A stretch of 37,877 nucleotides of DNA from NCBI GenBank assembly GCA_025603075.1, contig MU626445.1:1-37877 (forward strand). Direction: 5' to 3'. Positions within the stretch are counted from its first letter, which is position 1, and every line of letters starts with the position of its first letter. The stretch is from Neoconidiobolus thromboides FSU 785. Its lineage: Eukaryota; Fungi; Entomophthoromycota. The notes beneath the pieces are model-generated. The model had not been told where the DNA came from. It saw only the letters and a list, made by a program, of their open reading frames with translations, and did no database searches. Below are positions 34,251-37,877 of this stretch, piece after piece. Made by a program: the position numbers and the translations under genes.

Positions 34251-34342
34251 GAGGGTGTTTTTTAGCTTCATTACTTTTTGTATCTTTTAAGCGCTAGTTG
34301 AGCGGAAAAATTAGCAAAATTCTTACACAAAAATACATCCCC
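34251..34342 (-). mobile_element. MITE copy 9, ATAT TSD
   Basis: GAGGGTGTTTTTTAGCTTCATT...AAAAATACATCCCC; ATAT at 34247-34250 and 34343-34346. Confidence 0.88.
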
Positions 34343-35022
34343 ATATATTATAAAAAACATGCAATAGTTAAAAATACTCCATTAAAATCATTATAATAAT
34401 CTGAATAAAAATTTACGTTTTAGCAATTTAAATCAATACAAAAATAAATCAAATTGATCTATACAGCTAACTAGTAGATTTTCTTATAATAACATGGAGC
34501 CAACAAAAGCTTTTAAAGTTATATAGGTATTTTCTCAAGAATCTTATAACTTATAGTTATATAAAAATTAAGTTTCAAAATAATAAGTTTTATAAATTCT
34601 AAGAGCATATTAATTTAGAATTAATATACAGTTAAACTTATACTTAAACGAATATATTGTAATTCATAACATAGATATATCATTTTTAAATGTAATAAAT
34701 TTATAACTAAATAGCCTCAATCTTTTAAATTTTGATTTTTATTATTTAGAAAATTCTAAAGTGATTGACTATCCCTTAATTTGGTAATGAAATTTAATTT
34801 ATTAAATTCATGTTTGGCTCATTACCTTGAGAAAATTCATTGATTAAAATATAAAAGGTAAATATCTATTAAAAAAGGGAAGGCAATAAAATGATAAAAA
34901 TAAATAAAGGAATATACAAAAAAATCAGGTTAGAACAAAACAAATATAAAAAGGTATAAATAGACATAACTTGAATAGATAACATTATCAATTATTTACT
35001 TTAACTCTTTCAATACTTTACT

Positions 35023-35832
35023 ATGAAATTTGGACAATTTCTTTATAGCTTAGCTCTTACTGGTTTATTTGTTGCTCCAGCTCTTGCAGCTACTTTACCA
35101 AATGATAATCAACATTCATTAAGCAAGGCCCATAATGCTGACTCTCCAATCATCTATCGTAGATCGATGGGTGGTGAGGATGAAGAGGAAAATGAAGAAA
35201 AAAGCATCAAAAAACCAAAATCCAAAAAAAAGAAGGGCAAGAAAGAATCAGAAGAATCAGAAGAATCAGAGGACTCTGAGAATGAATCTGATGAAGTTGA
35301 GATAAATGCTGTTAAAGGCAGCGGTAAAGGACAAACCGTAAAGCTTACTTATTATTGGGTTACCAATGAAAAAGATTATAAGTTAGGCAGTGAAGTCGCT
35401 ATCAAGAATTGTGATGGAGGTGTGTTAGCAAGAGTATCACGAGAATATTGGGATCAAGTTCATATGGAAGGAAGTGGAAAATTAAGGGATGGCACATATA
35501 TCAATTGCGGAGATGGTGGGTGTAATTGTTTCTTTAAAAGTAAACCAGTTGGAAGTAAAGGGGATCTATTGGAGATTTACTCATCTGTAGCAGTTAATGA
35601 TCATAAAGTCGGTTCCAATGTGTTTATTAGTGAATTTGCTAATTTAGTATTGCCAAATGGTAAGAAACATAACGGATGTTTTAAAATCATTGATAAATCT
35701 TGGTCTTTTGGAGGCGATCATATTGATGTATATGTTGAAGACAAAAAGAATTACGAAAAGATTCAAAGCAAACTTTCTACTGAAAAGGCCAAAGCACAGT
35801 TTAATGCTAGTTGTAAAGTATTAAAGTATTAA
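35023..35832 (+). CDS. Secreted 3D/MltA-like domain protein (paralog 2) with putative pro-peptide and E/K/S-rich linker, 269 aa
   Basis: Signal peptide, dibasic YRR site, acidic/basic linker, then a domain colinear with 30727-31332 (VKLTYYW..GGVLARVSREYW..LPNGKKHNGCFKIIDKSWSFGGDHIDVYV). Confidence 0.8.
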   Translation: MKFGQFLYSLALTGLFVAPALAATLPNDNQHSLSKAHNADSPIIYRRSMGGEDEEENEEKSIKKPKSKKKKGKKESEESEESEDSENESDEVEINAVKGSGKGQTVKLTYYWVTNEKDYKLGSEVAIKNCDGGVLARVSREYWDQVHMEGSGKLRDGTYINCGDGGCNCFFKSKPVGSKGDLLEIYSSVAVNDHKVGSNVFISEFANLVLPNGKKHNGCFKIIDKSWSFGGDHIDVYVEDKKNYEKIQSKLSTEKAKAQFNASCKVLKY

Positions 35833-35935
35833 AGTATTAAATATAGTTTTTTAATAATCTTATAATATATATATTGACTATATATAATAAAATAATTATA
35901 ATGATATTAAAATTTATTTTTATTTATGATTTTGT

Positions 35936-37721
35936 TTAGAAATCTTTCATGTTTATATTTAAATTATTAATATGTGGAGCCATTAAAACAACAAATCTAG
36001 GTGATAAAACTAGATCTTTATCGCTCAATTCCATTGGAAAATGTTTTAATAAGTGATATATAATTAAATAAAGTTCCATCATTGCCAAACTAAAAAATAT
36101 TAATTAATATTATAATTATTGCAAACTATGATGTATTTACTTTTTGCCAATACAAACTCTTGGACCTTTCAAGAAAGGTAAAAAATTGGGATTGTTACAT
36201 TCAAATTCATTATTAACTAACCACCTTTCAGGTAAAAATTCATTGCTATTTTCCCACTTTGAACTTAAATTATGCAATGAATAAATATTACAGCCAATTA
36301 TTGTCTACAATAAATAATATTAATAAAAATAGTAAATAAAAATAATAAATATTTACTCCTTTGGGTAGATATATGTTATTTATATGTACATTATCATCAT
36401 TAACTACTCTTTCAGGAACACCACCAGCAGCTGGATACAATCTCATTGATTCATAAATAACTGCAGATAAATAAGGATGATTTGTTTTGATTGAACTATA
36501 ATTATTATTATCGTTTTCATTGTTGTTTATTTCTTGTTTTAATTTAGTGTATACTTTATCATTTTTTAATATTAAATAGAATATCCATATTAATGTATTT
36601 ATAGTTGTACCGCTTCCTGCCATACTAAAGAACATATTAGTTATATTATTGTTATCTATTATAGAATAATTATTACATTTGAGTTAATGCTTCTGAAACA
36701 ATATCTTGTTTACTAATTAAGCCATCTTGATTACACTTTATCATATAATTTAGTAAGCTATCTGAATTCTTATTGCTATTTAATGAAATGTCAATAATTT
36801 CTGAAGCAGTCTATAATGATATTTAATTATTGTTATTATTGTTATAAGTTATAGTTATTACTTACTTTTAATAACAATTTTGATTTAGTATCGTAGTATG
36901 GTTTAACAAAACTAGGTAGAATATTGGAAATCATTAATTTATTATGATTTTCATTAATCAAGTTAATCAAGTAGTGATATTTTTCAGATTCAATTAAATT
37001 AAAATCACAGCCAAATGATAATTCATAAATAATATCTAAAGCAATAAGTTCAAGATACTTAATTAGATTGAGTTCGTTTTTAGAATCATTATTTTGTATT
37101 TTTGTTATTATTTTTGCTATTTTTTTATCAACTATTTCTTCCATATGTTTCATTGAATGATTATTAAGGTATTTTAATAATATTCTCTTCTATATTGTTA
37201 TTACCATTGTTAGTATTTAGTTTAGTTCATGGAATATAAATATACTCTTTTTAAGTGGAATGCTTTATCACGGCAGTTAAACACTGTATTTCCTAATGGA
37301 TCAAATACTGCATACAATTCGCTTTTGCTAAATTTATAGTTTTTATAAATTTCGTTGACGTCTTTCTCGTCACTAAACAATACCATATTCCATCCTATTA
37401 TAATAAGTATTAGTTATTATATTAGTTATTATATTAGTTATTATATTGCTACTATATTACCTATTCTGATAACAGGACCATACAACTCATGATATTGATT
37501 GACTATAAATGGCATAACTCCCAAAACCCTTAATATAAAAAAGTAACCAGGAAATAGGACTGAAATCAATGGTCCAGGTATATCTTTCAATTTACTGAAA
37601 AATAATTGATAAACGATCTATAAAGGTAATTTTAATATCATCCTTATATTCTTATTATATACGATTATTTTACTTGTGAGATGTAATATAAGAAGAATGT
37701 TGTTAAAAGGTATAAAATCAT
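35936..37721 (-). CDS. Cytochrome P450, complete, multi-exon
   Basis: N-terminal anchor MILYLLTTFF..IPGP..HELYGPVIRIG, I-helix AGSGTT, K-helix ESMR, PERW, heme motif FLKGPRVCIG; stop TAA 35936-35938; all exons splice in frame by eye. Confidence 0.92.
37408..37443. repeat. 12-bp tandem repeat (TATTAGTTATTA)x3 in a P450 intron
   Basis: Three perfect units at 37408, 37420 and 37432. Confidence 0.85.
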
Positions 37722-37877
37722 TTTAATACTTTTATTTTTACTTTTGTTTTTATTTTTTTACTTCTAGCTTTCAATTTGTTTATATACCTTTTGAGCTATT
37801 ACTTTCGAAGGTATAAGGATATACTTAATAACATGAACAAATGTTGTTCTTTATTAATATGAGTTAATTATTTAATA

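Overview
AT-rich eukaryotic, almost certainly fungal, genomic DNA with tiny GT-AG introns (mostly 45-70 bp). The gene repertoire and intron style fit an early-diverging, zygomycete-grade fungus such as Entomophthoromycotina/Zoopagomycota; that assignment is an inference. A compact core of intron-rich housekeeping genes at about 7.7-25.5 kb contains a divergent RACK1-like WD40 gene, a divergent importin-beta1, VPS16, eIF2B-beta, a ZNF830-like gene, a KH-domain gene and ARP8. This core is bracketed by an inverted pair of intronless Kelch/TM receptor-like paralogs. The accessory flanks hold a MATE transporter end, an animal-type ER UDP-glycosyltransferase, two secreted proteins with a bacterial-type 3D/MltA lytic-transglycosylase domain, a complete cytochrome P450 and two decayed ORFs (one pore-forming-toxin-like, one MULE/SWIM-like). 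They also hold nine copies of a ~95-100 bp MITE with GGGGATGT...ACATCCCC ends and 4-bp AWWT target duplications. No rRNA, tRNA or CRISPR array was recognised. All gene models were spliced by eye and family calls come from motif recognition, not database searches.
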